A DNA stretch of 64,000 nucleotides from Bilabrum cf. latius (lineage: Eukaryota). Positions 15,001 to 28,900 of the stretch are shown one piece after another; the stretch's first letter is position 1, and each line of letters starts with the position of its first letter. Location: the NCBI GenBank assembly GCA_965178125.1, contig OZ237752.1, forward strand, positions 682,001 to 746,000, read 5' to 3'. Under the pieces are notes generated by a model that saw nothing but the letters and a program-made list of their open reading frames with translations, ran no database searches and was not told the DNA's origin. The position numbers and the translations under genes are program-made.

Positions 15001-16179
15001 GGTCTGTTCGTGGTCACGCCAAACACCTCCTCCAGCTTCGGCCCGCTGCGAGGCACCTGCGTTCCAGCTCCTGGCAGGCGTAGCTCGGCCGATCTGTCCC
15101 TATACCGGGGCGTGGGAAGGCTTATTGGGTCTGTGTTTAGAACAGGCCAGCGGTTGGCTCTCCGATTCCACCCGCTTGTGTGGGCTGCACTGGCAGGGCA
15201 CGAAACGCGGCATTCATTGCATCAGCTTCGAGGCCTCCATGCTCACCTGTCTGATAACGTGCTCGGGCCCATGCTTGCCTGCTCCAGCGAAGATGAGTGG
15301 GAAGACACGTTTGAAGACGCTGGTATCGAGCCCGAGGCAGTGCTGGCGGACGGCACTAAAGTCAATTGGCTTCCGGCACCTCGGGTCCACTAGCAGACGC
15401 GCGGCGGCATGACCTCAAGGGTAGGTGCTTCTGCAGAGTCTAGCGGTCTGGCGCTCCCTTGGGCGGATGCTGCTCGCAGTGTGGTAGAGGCTGCGATAAC
15501 GAAGGAAGAAGAGGGTGGCAGCGTGGGCCCCCCTGGGCAGCCCTCATCGGGCGCCGGCGCATCTGTCACTGTCGAGGCAGGTGACACCGAAGCAACCTCA
15601 CCGGCTGCAGATCCTTCATAGATCACGTTTAGCAACCGAGAGGATTTCTGCGACTGGATGATCCGGACGCACCTCCAGAGTTTCTCTGTACAGCTAGCTG
15701 CGATTCGCCTGGGCTTTCAAGAGGTCTGTCCTGCTGCCACCACCGTAGGCATCAGGGGCCCAGAGCTTGAGCTTGCCGTGTGCGGTTCGCCAGAGGTGGA
15801 CGTTGACATGCTCCAGAGGCACACTGAGTACGCAGGGGGCGCGAGCGACAGGTCTCCTCACGTGCGGCACTTCTGGTCTGTGATGCGCAGAATCTCGCAG
15901 GCCCAACGTCGCGCTTTTGTGAGGTTTGCGTGGGGCCAAGAACGGCTGCCTGCGACTGATGCCGCCTTTGATGCCGCTGGTGTCAGGTTGCGCATTAAAT
16001 CGAGAGAAGAGCCCTACGGGAGCGGTGCTGAGCAGGAGCTTGAAGATGGTAGGCTGCCGCGAGCGGACACGTGCTTCTTCAATGTGGAGCTACCGGCTTA
16101 CTCTTCCGAGGAGCGCATGAGGCAGCAGTTGCTCACCGCCGTGACCATTGGTGCAGGGCTTGACGGGGACACTGTCTAA
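1..16179 (+). CDS. Giant HECT-domain E3 ubiquitin ligase (at least 5392 aa, 5' partial) with split SPRY, Tudor/MBT-like, CUE/UBA-like and PA domains; needs TAG read as sense
   Basis: Track ORFs from 307..492 to 15658..16179 all lie in frame 1. I read the gaps between them and found only TAG (40 in total), with no TAA/TGA until TAA TAA at 16177. HECT motifs: VKLSGERVVGETGPFRE, GLFVVTPN, AFVRFAWGQERLP, LPRADTCFFNVELPAYSSEERMRQQL (catalytic Cys). SPRY: YYFEV...VKVGL and VIGCAWDVLRGEVRYAVDG...LHPAVSV. PA: GNIVLCHRGRCTFLDKARHAQAAGAAAIII. Confidence 0.9.
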
Positions 16180-16908
16180 TAAGGATTTGCAATCTGAGGA
16201 AAAGATGAAGTGACACAACCAAAATTTGCGGTAACCAAATGCTTGCTTTATCAGAAATTAAGTGAAATACATCTGACGACAAGATTCTGGTCCGTTTCAA
16301 TACATTTGATCTGGACATGTCGTTATAATGCTAACGCCGAATGGGGTTCGGTGTTGATGTTGCGATGTATTCGGACACAGGCTCCGGTCTACCAACGCGA
16401 GGTTGCAACCGCCAGTGCGACCAGCAGCTTCCCTCGTCTCCTTCCTTAGGGAAGGGGGCGGGGCAGCGTGGCAGAGGCCGTTCCGGCTCATGCCGTTATT
16501 TTGTTGTGTATATACTGGTGATGCCAGAGTGTACGCGCAACCTAGTCTCATAAACAATCAGACATGGCAAGACCTGACAAAGCTGTGCCTGTGCGCGACC
16601 CTTGACCGGACTGATCGGGGCTGCGAAGAGCACGTGCACTACTTCGCCGAGGAGGAGGGGGTTGGGAGAGTGGGCAACAATTACCCAATATCCGCCCCTC
16701 TCCTGAACACAGAGAGGGTATGCACGTCATCGCAAGCAATCCGTTGGCTCGGTCGCACATTCCCGGTTGCGACCGCCGACGCAGGATTCTCTTATCCGTG
16801 GTGACCACTAGTATGCGTCGGGGTTATCGTTGACCTGCATCGGGAGTCATGTCGACCGACAGCGAGAGGGTGCAGATCGGATGGTTTTGTTGCTGTCCTG
16901 ATCTGGGG

Positions 16909-18846
16909 TTAAGCACTGGTGCCCGGTATCTCCACGACGTCCGATGCGTCCAACTCGATCATCCCCACGCCGCCATCATCTCGCTCTGACTTGTCCTACT
17001 GCTCGAGCTACTCCCTTGACATGTTGCCAGCAAAAGCCGCCAATGCCTCGTCGTGCTTAAGAGCTGCCGCTTGGTCTGCAGACAGCACCGCCGGATAAAA
17101 CGATCTCTGTAACTACTCCTGCACCGATCCAGCATCGTCCTGACCAGTCACGGACAGCACGCCGCTTAGCTGTACCCAGGCAAGCATAGGGACAGCCAGC
17201 CCGCATAAAATGGTACCCATCATTGCGCATACAATTCCAATCTGGTACCCTTCGAGCAGCTCCGAGTTTAATGCCCTGGATATGGGAGCGCTGGCCAGTG
17301 CAAAAATGCCCAGAACGAGGTCAAGCACGGCGGACAGCATGGCAAACCGCCAAGTCCATCCGGCAGCAATCAGGGGCGCATGCAGGCGCCGGATGGTTCG
17401 TACATCAGCTGACGAGGCTCCTTCCTCCAATTCTTTGTTGGACAGGATCCGAGGAAGGCACAGTTTAAGACCTCCACCCAACCATTTGGCTTCCCACGCT
17501 TCGAGTCTGGCCTCGGCACCAGATGCCTTGCTGCCATATCGCGAGGCTGACGAGTACAATGATCGAGAGACCCACAGGGCAAATGCCGCGCCAGCAATGG
17601 CCCCAGCACCCCCCAAACCTAGCACTAGGCAGCCGGACACGGCCAGAAGCATCACTGTCCCACAGCACGTGGAGCACAGCGACATGCAGCACTGAGCAAA
17701 GCACCGCCCGTCATTATCGCATGCAGCGGCAAGCTGTGCCGTTTTGTAGAGTCCCGTGCTGAATGTGAACACGACCAGGAACAAAAAGAAACTCAGCGGA
17801 ACGGAAACGGCTGCGAGTCGAACCAGGAACAAATCCCTCACGATGTTGGCGCTCCGTCGATCTAGCCGTGATTCGATTTTTGTAGAGTTGCTGCCGTCCT
17901 GCCACAACAATCTGCGATCCGGCTACAGGCGAGTAGGGAAGCCATCTTCGATTGAACTGACCGGTAGTGGTATCGCCTGGCTATCAAGGCCAGTCGAGGG
18001 GGCTCCACGAGAAGATTCCAGGGGATCGGGCACCCATAGCAGGCCATCATTGTCGCTATTGCGACTATCAGCAAGCTGGCCCTCGCCGTGGTTGAGATGC
18101 TGTTCTCCACTAGCCGATCGTGGCGTAACTCCCGAGTGGAGGAGCTAGCTAGCACCTGTGTCAAGCACTGGGTCGCCCACAGACACCTCATCAAATGCCA
18201 CCGCGATGTCGTAGTAGCTTGCTCCAACGGCAACCGATAAAAGTAGTGCTCCGCCAGCAGCTAGGCCCGCTCCCACTGGCAGCAGTCCAATGGGACTGCG
18301 TGCCTAAACCCTGGTCTTAGACGCAAACTGCTCGCCGCTAAAGAACCACTGCCTCGGGATCCAATCGTTTCCAATGTGCTGTTTGAGAGCAGTTGCGTGG
18401 GCTGGTGAAGCAACAGCTACGGCTGACGTCACACCGGAAACAATTCCGTGCACCTTTGTCATTACACCGAAGATTGCACTCGCCAGGGCAAAGGCAAAAA
18501 GGACTGCAGACGTTCCAAGCACGCTCTCCGGGGTCCGATCGGTGCTCCCATTCACGACTGCCTCGTTCACCATGCCCACAACTGCTGATAGAATGACAGC
18601 CTGTATAATGATAATGATGCAGGTGTTGAATACGAATCTCGCAACTGTGGCGACGTCCTTGATCGGCCGGAACGACAGTGGGTGATGCAGTCTGAGCTTG
18701 TCGATGGCCTCCCTGTACTGCTCCTTTCCAAACAGACTGAATCCGAGCGGCACACAGCAGTAGAACGCCAAGCACGGTGCAATCTCTTCGTGACGATTCG
18801 ACCACACAACGGCACCAGCAGTGGCAAATAGCTGCGCTAAGAACAC
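16909..18846 (-). CDS. Multipass membrane protein of unknown function; 5' end uncertain, probably with upstream exon(s)
   Basis: ORFs 18304..18846 and 17113..17910 are in one frame joined through TAG codons. The frame continues to TAA at 16911..16909 (6 TAG). It has several long hydrophobic segments (e.g. FVFNTCIIIIIQAVILSAVVGMV, LAAVSVPLSFFLFLVVFTFS). An in-frame TAA upstream of 18846 next to AG acceptor-like sites implies an intron I could not resolve. Confidence 0.7.
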
Positions 18847-19685
18847 GTGGGGTGGGTCAGACGTATCACCTGGAACTTAACTATGGGGAACATAAATAGA
18901 GACATTAAATTCCCACCTACAGGCACAATAGACCAATGAGAAGCCCTTCGAGCCACCTGCAAGGCAATTTATGACACAATTGATGTGGAAATGGCAGGCA
19001 AACTAGAGCAGTTTGGATCTCGAATTGCAGGTGGTCCTTACTACCCTCGCAGTTCTATTCCGTCGAGGTCACGCAGCTCTTGAAATATCCCTTGGGTTGT
19101 CTCTACATACGCAAAATCAATAACAAACCCATCTGCGGGATAGTCAAGCAAGGCAGACTAGCTAAGGGTGCATTTCGATTATCCGCCAGCGAGGCAGACA
19201 TATACCCATACGCATTTCACGCACACAAGCTTGATACAAAGAAGAAGAGCCCAAACGCAAATGATTGCGTTTCTGCAGAGGAGCACTATTCATCGTTTGC
19301 CATAGCTGTGAAACTGTTCTTGCCGTTTGACCTTATGCCACAGTGTGCACGTAACCTGCAACGCGGTTGGACGACCGTGGCATCCAGGCCGGCTAAGGCA
19401 CGAAGCACTACGGAAACATAAGTTATAGTCTTCGCTCACCACCAGATTGTTCTATTCTTCAAGAGTCGCATAAATGCACCCGCACAGGCAGTACTAGCTT
19501 GGGGGGCCATCGACTCCTGCTCTGACGCACCACTGCAAATTGCTGGCTAGCAGTCCGAAGACAGTGGGATCAGCTAAACGGCCAGGCTATTTGGGTGCAG
19601 AAAGACTAGCTAGGGCGCGTGCGTGCAACCTGATAGATTGCAAATGCCTGGCATGTCATTGAGTCACTCGTTGCATTCTCTAGAG

Positions 19686-22600
19686 TCAAGATCCCGACTC
19701 GCTCTGTGCCTGCATGCCACTGCCTGCCTCCCAGCGCGCTAGAAACGAGGCCTCTCGTGGATCACAAACGAGCTTCTCAATCCGCTCCAGTCCTACCCTG
19801 AGCCGCTTCAAGTCGTCGCCATCACCCTCACTCCCCGCGCCAGTCGCACCCGCTACGAGGGCATCGTCGGCGGTCAGGGCGCTAGACATGGCTCGCAACA
19901 ATACCCGCTGCATGGAGGGTTCAGGCAGCCACAGTGCCAGCACATCCACGCACTCGGCAACTTGATTCAGCACAGATTCCACCTTGTTCGATCCGTCCCC
20001 AGCACTGCCATTGGCTCCAGAGGCAGCCTGCCGGGACTTTGCCACGACGGCAGCCACCCACGCAGAGCAAGCTCGTCTGAGCGATGCCTCGAGCGATACC
20101 TGAAGCTCGCTCGCGTCTTCCGATTTGCGCTCTACGTGAGGCAGCCCCTCCTTTAGCAGCGTCAGGATCGGATTGGTCGCGCTCAGGCGCAGCAGGTGTC
20201 CGGGAGCTGAGACCATCTCTGTGACGAAGTGAGAGAGAGCCTCGTACGAGTTGGAGAGATCAAGCTGGGCAGTCGTGGGGCCGCTGGAAGCCGCACGCCG
20301 CCGCCTGGTCGTCGATTCGTCCCCACCTTCAGCCCCAACGGAGACATCAGCAGCTGTCACGTTGCCACCCTGCGCCAGCATGGAACCAACCTGTTCCCGG
20401 ACTCGAAGGAGGTGCGACACCACCAGCAGCACGCTGCCAAAGGGATCCGAGGACTCCATAGTCCGGGCGTCTCGCCGGATCGCCACCTCAACAGCCCGGC
20501 AGATATCCACCGCCAGCCCTGCGAACGACCCGGGTGGAACTGCAGTGTACACGCTGACGAGTGCCTGCAGGCCCCACTGCAGCGCAGGGTGCCAAGGAAA
20601 CCGCTTCTTGCCACTCCGTGGCATCGTCCTCCCAGGTGCTGGAGCAGAGCTGCCCGTCGACTCAGAAGTTCCAGCGCTCCCAGTTGTCCCTGCTGGAGAT
20701 TGCGAGCCGGTCAAAGACGCATCTCCGGCCGCTGACCCGAACAGCTCCCGCAGCGTGGACGTTGACGGGCACTTGGGAGCGAGTGCCACGCCGGAGGCGC
20801 CCGCGCCTGCATCGCGAGACTTGCCACCACTGGCACTGGCACTCGCGCCGTGCCTGAGAAGCGCCTCTCCGATCTGCTCGCTCGTGAAATCGCCCAGCGG
20901 GTCCACTCGACGCGTGTAGAAGAGAAAAACCAGACGCCCTAGGGCATCGGCATGCAGAGCTGCGGCAGACTAGGCCACAGCGTGGTGAACTGCAGCCTCT
21001 ACCGTGGGTATGGCATGTGCTTGCGCACCTGCTCGGCCAGCCACGGTGCTTTTGTCACTGGTAGCGGCATGGCGTGCCAGGGCCCCCTCAGCAGATCTCT
21101 TTGCCTCGTGCAGCACCGATGCAGCGGCCGCCAGATCGTCCAAGTCGTCGAGGAGCACCAATTGGTGCCGCAGCACCGACTGCAGCGCATCGGTGCAGAC
21201 ACTAGAGGTTCCAGCAGCGCAGGCTCCTGCCAGGACGCGGGCCCCATGGCACCCCGCGAGTGGGTCTCCTCTGTCTTCCCCCCCTCCTCGAAACACGCCC
21301 ACCGCAGCATGCATGAGCTGCACCTCGTGCATGGCACTCTCCCTGATTGACTGCATCGCACTCGCGCATGCGCTGGGCATGCCGCTGCCAGCGTCATAGC
21401 CCAGGCTGTGCGCGGCAGGCTGCGCATCTGCGCCGGCGCCGCTTCTGGGCTAGGCAGCGGATCCAGCTGACCGTGAGTTTCCCTGCTGCGGCAAGTGCGG
21501 CTGTACAGCCTACTCTAGCGCACGGGTAGCAAGATCCAGAGCCGCCGGCTGCCTAGCTTCCCACCAGGCAACAGCAACACGCTGCAGGGCGCTAACGGCA
21601 CCTCCCGCCCTCAAACGCGAGTTGCTCTGGGACAGTCCAAGGCCGAGCATCCCTCCGAACAGCTGCATTACATCACCGCCCGATACTCGTGCATCGATGC
21701 TCCTGCCAAAACCTGCCTGTGACAAACGCGCGTCAGCTTTGGCCAGCAGTCCCTACCGGCCGCTGATGCCTCCATACCCTGATTCATCGTCGTCACCGCT
21801 GCTACCTTCATCGTCCCCATCCAAAATACCATCGCCGCCCAGCATGTCGGTGCCCACCAGAGGTGCCTCGCCTGCCGGCCCAAGTCCGCCAGATGGGGCG
21901 AGGGCAGCCAGGCTCAGCCTTGCTGCGGCGCGCTAGGGGGCGCCGGCAAGCGCGTTTGTGGCCCTGACGGCCCCCCTCCGGGCATTCCCAGCACTCGCGT
22001 CGTCTCTGTCTAGAGCTGCTTCTAGCGCGTCTCGAACGGCGAGAAGTCTTGCTTCCTCCACCACGCCTGCTACCGAGGCTTCGTATGCGGGCAGGGTGCA
22101 GAGCGGCACCTGAATCGCCACGGCGGATTCATCCTGTGGGGTGCCATTTGACCTGGTCTGGCTGCGCTGACCCCCCGCTGATTCGGCCCCGATTGTGGCA
22201 AGGCCTGCACCTGCGTGCACCACGCTCCTCCACTCCTCCAGCTGATCCACCATGCGTCCGTTCAACTCGGCCGTGTCACGCAATCCGCGCTCTCCTGGTG
22301 AGTCCGCTGAGCTGCCGCCACCAGCCCACTCGATCGCCTGTGCAACCAGAGCATCCGTGCTTCCCGGACATCGCAGCAGCAACGTGCTCACGGCAGAGCG
22401 CACGCGACTGCTGTCCACGGATCGTCTCGCCTCCTCGAGCTCGCCGTCGCGATGCATTGCAATCCCTGCTATCCCTCCGGTGCCAGAGGCACCAACGCTT
22501 GCGTTCGATCGATCGCCCGAGGACGGCGATTCTCCTGCAGCCCCAGCCAGAGCCAGCGCGGCACCGGTGCGCTGCCCCAGCTGGGAAGCGATGGATGCAC

Positions 22601-23453
22601 AGGCTTTACTTGCCGCATCCCTCACTGCTTCGACTCCACTCTGCGTGAGGTGCAGGAGCACAGTGGCGTACTCTGCGCCCTCTCGGTGCGGCGCGTGCGT
22701 CGACCTTGCCTTTACGGTAGAGGCAACGGGCAGCAGCGCGTGCGACCTCGATCTAGTCGAGAATGCCGATGCCCCAGCCCTCCCTCGGCCGCCAGAGTTG
22801 GCTTGCCTGGTAATCCAGGACTGCACGTCGCGGTGCCACTCTGCTGGCTTCAAATTGCCCGCTTCGCTGCCCATTGCTGGTTTCGGTGGCACCGGTGGAA
22901 GCTCTGGAAGCTTCGATTGACATAATTTCTTAGCCCTGTGAAGGTCATCACCAGGAGCTCGCAAAAGCACAGTTGCTGCAGCCCACTCCGTCCGTGCTAA
23001 CGAGGTGCGATACTCAGGGCTGCATGGATCCAGGGGTGACATTTTCGACTGTCCACGCAGGTGTGTCGCGAGGCGGCTAGCAAGCCAATGAGATCCGCAA
23101 GCTGCTGGCCACAAGGATTGCTTCACTGATGCAAGGGGTAAGATACCAACCCCGGCCGCATGCGCCCCAAGGTGCGCCCAATCGTAGGGAGCGAGAGCAG
23201 CACCGACTCTACGGACAGTGAGATCGAGAGCGTTGGCCCGGGCCTACAGCTACGTTGATTTAGATTGCAAAACATCAGCGCTCGTGCCTCTATCCAGTCC
23301 AGCCGTGGCGGCGATTGTCTCGAACAGTTGAGCCACCTCTGCGGTTCGATCTGATCCAGCTGCTGGCGGCTGAGACCCCACCTTAGATCTGCTCTCATGA
23401 TCAACATACAAAGAAGATTGTATTTTGTCTGCAATCTCACTTGGAAGCACCAT
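19686..23453 (-). CDS. Hypothetical protein (~1255 aa), Ala/Gly/Ser-rich, predicted largely helical
   Basis: ORFs 23250..23489, 21933..23126, 21510..21725, 20970..21380 and 19686..20906 share one frame. The gaps contain only TAG (7). ATG at 23453 (MVLPSEIADKIQSS), TGA at 19688..19686. No family recognised. Confidence 0.7.
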
Positions 23454-23737
23454 GTTGCGATGACACAAGTACGGTGTTGGGCTGGCCAATATAGTCTGTA
23501 ATATACTAAATTAATCGTTACTTCACTTTCAAATTCGAGCAATTAGCGGCTGTCCATTTGTTACATACAAGAATGTCTGGCGCAGCGGTAGTGCTCGATG
23601 ATTTTCGTGTTGTTGTTATATTCATGAAAGTTGGATCTGATCGACCATGCAGGTCTTTGGTGTTCGAGGCAAACTGCCCGGGAGCAGTGACCTCGTTTGG
23701 CCATTTCGGACCCACCCCATATCGATTCTTGGCTAGT
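23454..23737. promoter_or_regulatory. Putative bidirectional promoter between divergent genes
   Basis: 284-nt AT-richer spacer between ATG 23453 (-) and ATG 23738 (+). Inferred from arrangement only. Confidence 0.35.
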
Positions 23738-25714
23738 ATGGCAGTAACCTCTCTTCAAGACGACCTATATGAAGCAATATTCATCAGGTCCGCACTTCTA
23801 GATGCGTGCTGTGCCTGCGGCGTGCGAATTCCAACAGCCGTTCGAGCTGCACCAACTGCAACTGTCAGCGAACGAGGAGCCGACACGGCTGCAGCTCACG
23901 AATGGCTCCCAGATTCCAGTCGCATTGCTCAAAATGCAGCCCAAAGGTTTGAACTCGGCCGTGGGCTATCATCGCTCTGTGCCAGGGCCCCGCTTGCTGT
24001 AGCGAGACCGCATCGAGTGTGGGTGCGCAGCCCTTTGCCGCTGCCGCGGCCAGGCAGCGCCCGAGGACCAGCAGGCCTGTTCCTTGGATCCCTACCAGGT
24101 GTTTTTAACCCTAAAACCATTGCAGCAGAGCCGGGACCAGGTGCAGGCAGCAGCAGCACTGGCACGAGCAGGTATACCAAAGAAAGGCTGCGCCACGCAA
24201 CACCGATACCGCCCAAGGCAGAGCTTTTCGGGCTTGCAGATGCAGATTTCGACCAGGACGCGTCCCTTCTTTCTACATTCGATGACGAGGACATCCCAGG
24301 CACCAGCGCCACGGACCCGCTCACCCACGCAGAGAAGCACAGTATCCCTGCGCGCCACACAACAAACATGCTGCAGGTGCTTGCGCGCGCGGGAGCGGCG
24401 TTGCACGAGGCCCAGTCGATCGGCACTGTGCACCTGCGCGGTAGCCTAAGCGTGGGTAGGCCAGGATCGGGTGAAGCAAGCCCAGCTAGCCAACTAGAAG
24501 CCGACCTGGCACAGAACCAGACTAGAGGCGGCGTGCCAGGTTCAGGCAGCAATCGTGGTATAAGGACCGCAGGGGCAGTTCCAGACTTGGATGTAGCAGG
24601 CAGCACTCGAGTTGCATCTGATGCTGTCCCCATCGATATTGAAGAAGCCGTCGAAAAGTTCCTCGGGCGGACTGAGGTCACCTGTGATCAAGCTAGCGGT
24701 GTTGGTGCTGGTGGCCACCTCGCTGACAGTGACTCGGTAGACGAGGCAGCTGCTGGCGATGGTGGCATCCACGGGCCGATCGGGATCACGTCGTTGTTGG
24801 CGCTAGCACCACTGGAGGACGTTGCTGCTGGATGCGTTGGCACGGATGGAATAGCAAGGATGTGGGTCCGAACAAGAGTCCAAGCGAGTACTAGGGCTGC
24901 ATTGGCACAGCGCGATGGCTCTGCGCTTAGGCGAGGACACGGTCTTGAATCGGCTCGTGCAGCTCATCGCCAGCAACAGGAAGGATCAGAACATGCGTCA
25001 GCTATGGGAAGGCACGACAGTGTGCGTGAAAATGCGCGAAGGGGTGACCAGTCCGCGCATGATCCAGATGCTACGCTGTTAGAGGACCCAGTAATCCAGG
25101 CTGCGGGGAGTGCCAGCACTCGATTTGGCCCGAGCACCGACACCACCGCGAGAGCTGGTGCTGGTGCAGGTCCCGATAGCGATGGTGTTCGTGGTAGCCA
25201 GTGTTCGGCTCCTACTGCAGTCCCCCAACGCCGGCCTACCTGGCGGTCCGTCTGCCTGGAGCACTCGTGCGTGCCTTCCAGGATGCTCGGCGGCGAGCTG
25301 GCTGCTTGCATCGGGGAACTCTAGGCTGCAGGCAGGCTTGCAAGGGAGCATGCTGGGGAAACCATCATGGAACGAGGCGTCGGAAGTGTATCGCTTGATG
25401 GGCCGGCAGGGTCCTAGTGGTCTGAGGGCACCTTGGGCCGCATGGTCAACGCAGCCACACATGACTGGGAAGACGCAGAAACGCCCGGCACGCACTCAGC
25501 ATCAGCACTGTCACCGACCTGGGCATACAAGCAAAAGCTCATGGCCGACGTGCTGGCGATGCGTGACCCGGTGTGGCACCCCGAGTGCCGCAGGGCCGCA
25601 CACGAGCAGTGGAAGAGGGAGGAGTAGGAGCTGGAGGAGGCGCTGCAATCGCTGGCGCGCAGCCAGGCGGAGGTGGAAACTTGGATCTCGCAAGCTGATG
25701 AAGCCCTGGACTGA
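23738..25714 (+). CDS. Hypothetical protein (~658 aa) with C-terminal coiled-coil-like segment
   Basis: ORFs 23558..25324 and 25433..25627 are in one frame joined by TAG (3). Likely ATG at 23738 (MAVTSLQDDLYEAIF). Ends ...EE*ELEEALQSLARSQAEVETWISQADEALD then TGA at 25712. Confidence 0.65.
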
Positions 25715-25956
25715 CTGGGACCCGGCCAAGCGTCACAGCAAAAAAAATGACGAATGCAGATTTAGTTGAGTGCAGTTCATGCAGTGTAAATTTCCCCCCC
25801 CAAGGGCATAGATCTAGCGCCAACCGTACCCGAACACGATAAATTGGGTGAGCTTTCATTTGTAATTGTGTCAGGAATTGGTAATCGGCCAGACTCCCTA
25901 GCGTGCAGACTTCTTCCATTCAAGTTGCTTTGCGATCCTTCGCAGGTGAAAATCGA

Positions 25957-28900
25957 ATGGTCACGATGCGAGCAATGCTAGTTGCCTCAGCGGTAGCTGT
26001 CTTGCAATAGAATTTGGTCTTGGCTACCAACGAGCGTGTGGCTCCAGCTGGATACACGCTGCACAAATCGATGGATACGCATTAGCACGGCGGCGGATTG
26101 TTAATACGAGTCAACAACTCAGATGGCAAGCCATGCGGCCTGTATTACCATGATGAGCCCTGCAATGTCACGTACTTGGCTGATATGTGTACCCAGACGG
26201 CAGGATGCGAGTGCTTCAATACGGATGGCTGGCTGAAGGCCGTTGATTCCTGCGTGGACCTCTTCGGTCTTGCCGACGTTGATACGTACGTCTCTAACAC
26301 TGAGCCTCCATTCGGACCTTTGCCGAAACTCCCCCCTTTGGAAGATCAGCACTATCCTGCAAGCGAAACGGCGGAACGCCGCACCGCTCTCGGGTCGATC
26401 CCGGTGCTCAAAACGATTTCATCAGCTCCAATCGGTTCTGTTCAAAACGACTCGGGTACCGCGACACTCTCCTGTCGTGACACGAGCAGCTCCGTCGTGA
26501 GCGTGGGAGAAGTAGCGTGCGGTTCGTGGACCCTGCGGTCGATCCTGCGTGGTGACGGGTGGGAAAGTGCAGACCCCACTGCGGACTCAGTGGTGCTGGA
26601 GCGCGCGTTCGACAAGTGGAGCATGTTTGCTCGCCTGGGGCTGTCCGGGCGCGTTTCTGCCCTTCGAAACGGAGTCGGATCTGCGTCCAAGCTGGACCAG
26701 CCCAGGTACGACTTCGATTCGTACGACAAGAACTATTTCTTCAACGTGCAGAACAACCCGAAAGATGTCGTTGGGGCAGCGATGCGCAACGCGTCGAGGC
26801 ACGGGGACGAACCTTCCTTCGAAGACTCCCTGCCGTGGCTGGCCCCGCAGCACGACTACAGCCTGCTGAGTAGACCCACCCCGCTCCTCAAGTTCGTCGT
26901 CACACCGTACGGCACGATCAAGATGGCAGACCAGCCGGTGTACGAGCCTGGCTTTCCGGCGACTGACCTGGGGACGGGTCAGGTTGTGTTCGACCCACGG
27001 CAGTGGACAGCCTACTGGCCCGCCGTCAACTACACGGACTACAAGAGCGCTCTGGTGGGCCGTGCATCGCAGGTAGTGTCGGTGCAGTGCTGGGACGATT
27101 CCGCGCAGAAAGGGTTCACTCAGGTTGCGGTCGCACCAACGCTGAATCCCATCCAGCCGGGCCCATCAGCAGAGGGCAGCAGCGGAGATGGCAGTGGAAG
27201 CGGCCCTCAGATACTCATTCGGATCGTGGATGCAAGCAGCCCCGGCGTCGAGCAAGAGCCCATTTACGTGAGAGCTGGAGACACCGACGGCTCACCGGCA
27301 CGGGAGCTCGGGTCTGGCGGCGCTGCGCTGTTCTACGGGAGCGTCTGGAGAGCTGCTGAGGAGGTGGAGCAGGAGCTTGTTGGGAGCTCGCTGGAGGGTG
27401 GCATCGACGAGTCGCAGCAGCAGGTGACGGCCTTCCGGCTGCCGGGGCAGGAAGGCCACAGGTTTGTCGATATGACACGCGCGACGATCGCATCCAGCAT
27501 GGCAATGTTCTGGGGCGCGTGGCCCAACTATGGTTTTGGGCTTGACTACTGGTCCGTCAAGTTGTCCCATGGGGCCTCGCTCCCGCTCACGTCGCTGGCC
27601 CTGTGGGACGCAACCCTTGGCTTTGGCATGGGAGGCGAGGCGATGCGGTACGTGGGGTACTACATGGATTCGTTCATCGAAGCCAATGGGGCCATCAACA
27701 TGAGCGGGTGGAAGGACAGCTGCGTGCTTGCCGACGGCTTTGCCGACTACGGACGGATCATCTCTGCCTTTGCTCAGACCGGCAGGCACGCAATCAGCTC
27801 GGGACAGGGCGCGTGGGTGGACTCGCACATGGACCCGTTCCTTCGCATCGTGAACTACACCATGGTCCTGAGGAAGGAGGCCGTCGCAAAGGCTGCGCCG
27901 GCACCACTGACAGGCATGGTAGTCGGACCTGCAGAGCACGATCTGTGCAGCTGGCTGCACCCCTACTTTGACACCAACGCGTGGATGGCGAGGGGCCTGC
28001 GCGACGCGGGCTTGTTCCTTCGGGAGACTGGCCTGGGCCCCTCTGGGCTGGCAAGCAGCCTTCTTTCAGAAGCCAAGGCGTACTACGGCGACGTGGTCGC
28101 TTCTATCAACGCAAGCATCGTGCAGCTGAACGCAACTGACGGTGCTGCTGCTGGCTCGATCGATGATCCCAACCCCAAGCAGTACCTTCCTCTGTGGCCC
28201 GTGAGCAAATCGCACCCGCAGCCCACGCCGTTTCCCACCATGATCACAGACACTGCGTCTTCCTATGCCAACTTCCGGTTCTGGACCGAGCTGATGCGGG
28301 CAGAGGTGATTCCCGACGAGCTGGCCGGCAACTTGCTCGACTTCAGGCTGGCACGAAAGGGCGCCGTGGGCGGGATCACCCGCTGGAGGGATCATCTGGA
28401 CGACATGCCTGCGGGTGGATACGCCCTCGCAGCCCTCCGTCTTGACCGACTGGCGGACTTCAACACGCTGCTCTCGGGGCACAGCGCGCTGTACCAGAGC
28501 CGTGGCGTGTTCATGGCGACGGAGCAGCTGGGCATCGAGGGGAGCAACAAGAGCGGAGGGTTTCGGGAGTATCTGGCGGCCCCGAGCGAGCGGGATGTTG
28601 ATTTCTGCGTACCCAGCGTGCTTCTGCCTGCCCTCATGACGCAGTGGGCTCTGGTGTACACCCCTGCGGACGCTGATGCGCTGTGGGTAATGAAAGGCAT
28701 GCCTCGTCGGTGGATGGAGCCGGCCGACGATTCGCCATGCAGTGGAGGCACATGCGAGGTGGTGCGAGCCGGGCCCATGATCCATCGGTTCGGGAACATC
28801 ACTTTCTCCGTGAACAGCACCGTGGACGCGCAGGGTCGCCTGACTGATGCTACGGTCTCTCTCCAGCTCGACCTCACCGGCTTCGGATACGTGACGGCTG

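Noticed and set aside
16180-16908. Small ORFs between convergent gene ends (e.g. 16403..16804)
   Set aside because: No motif or codon-bias support; probably 3' UTR/intergenic sequence.
18847-19685. ORF 19080..19421 (+) and candidate upstream exons of the membrane-protein gene
   Set aside because: The ORF has no support, and I could not build a fully phase-consistent exon chain.
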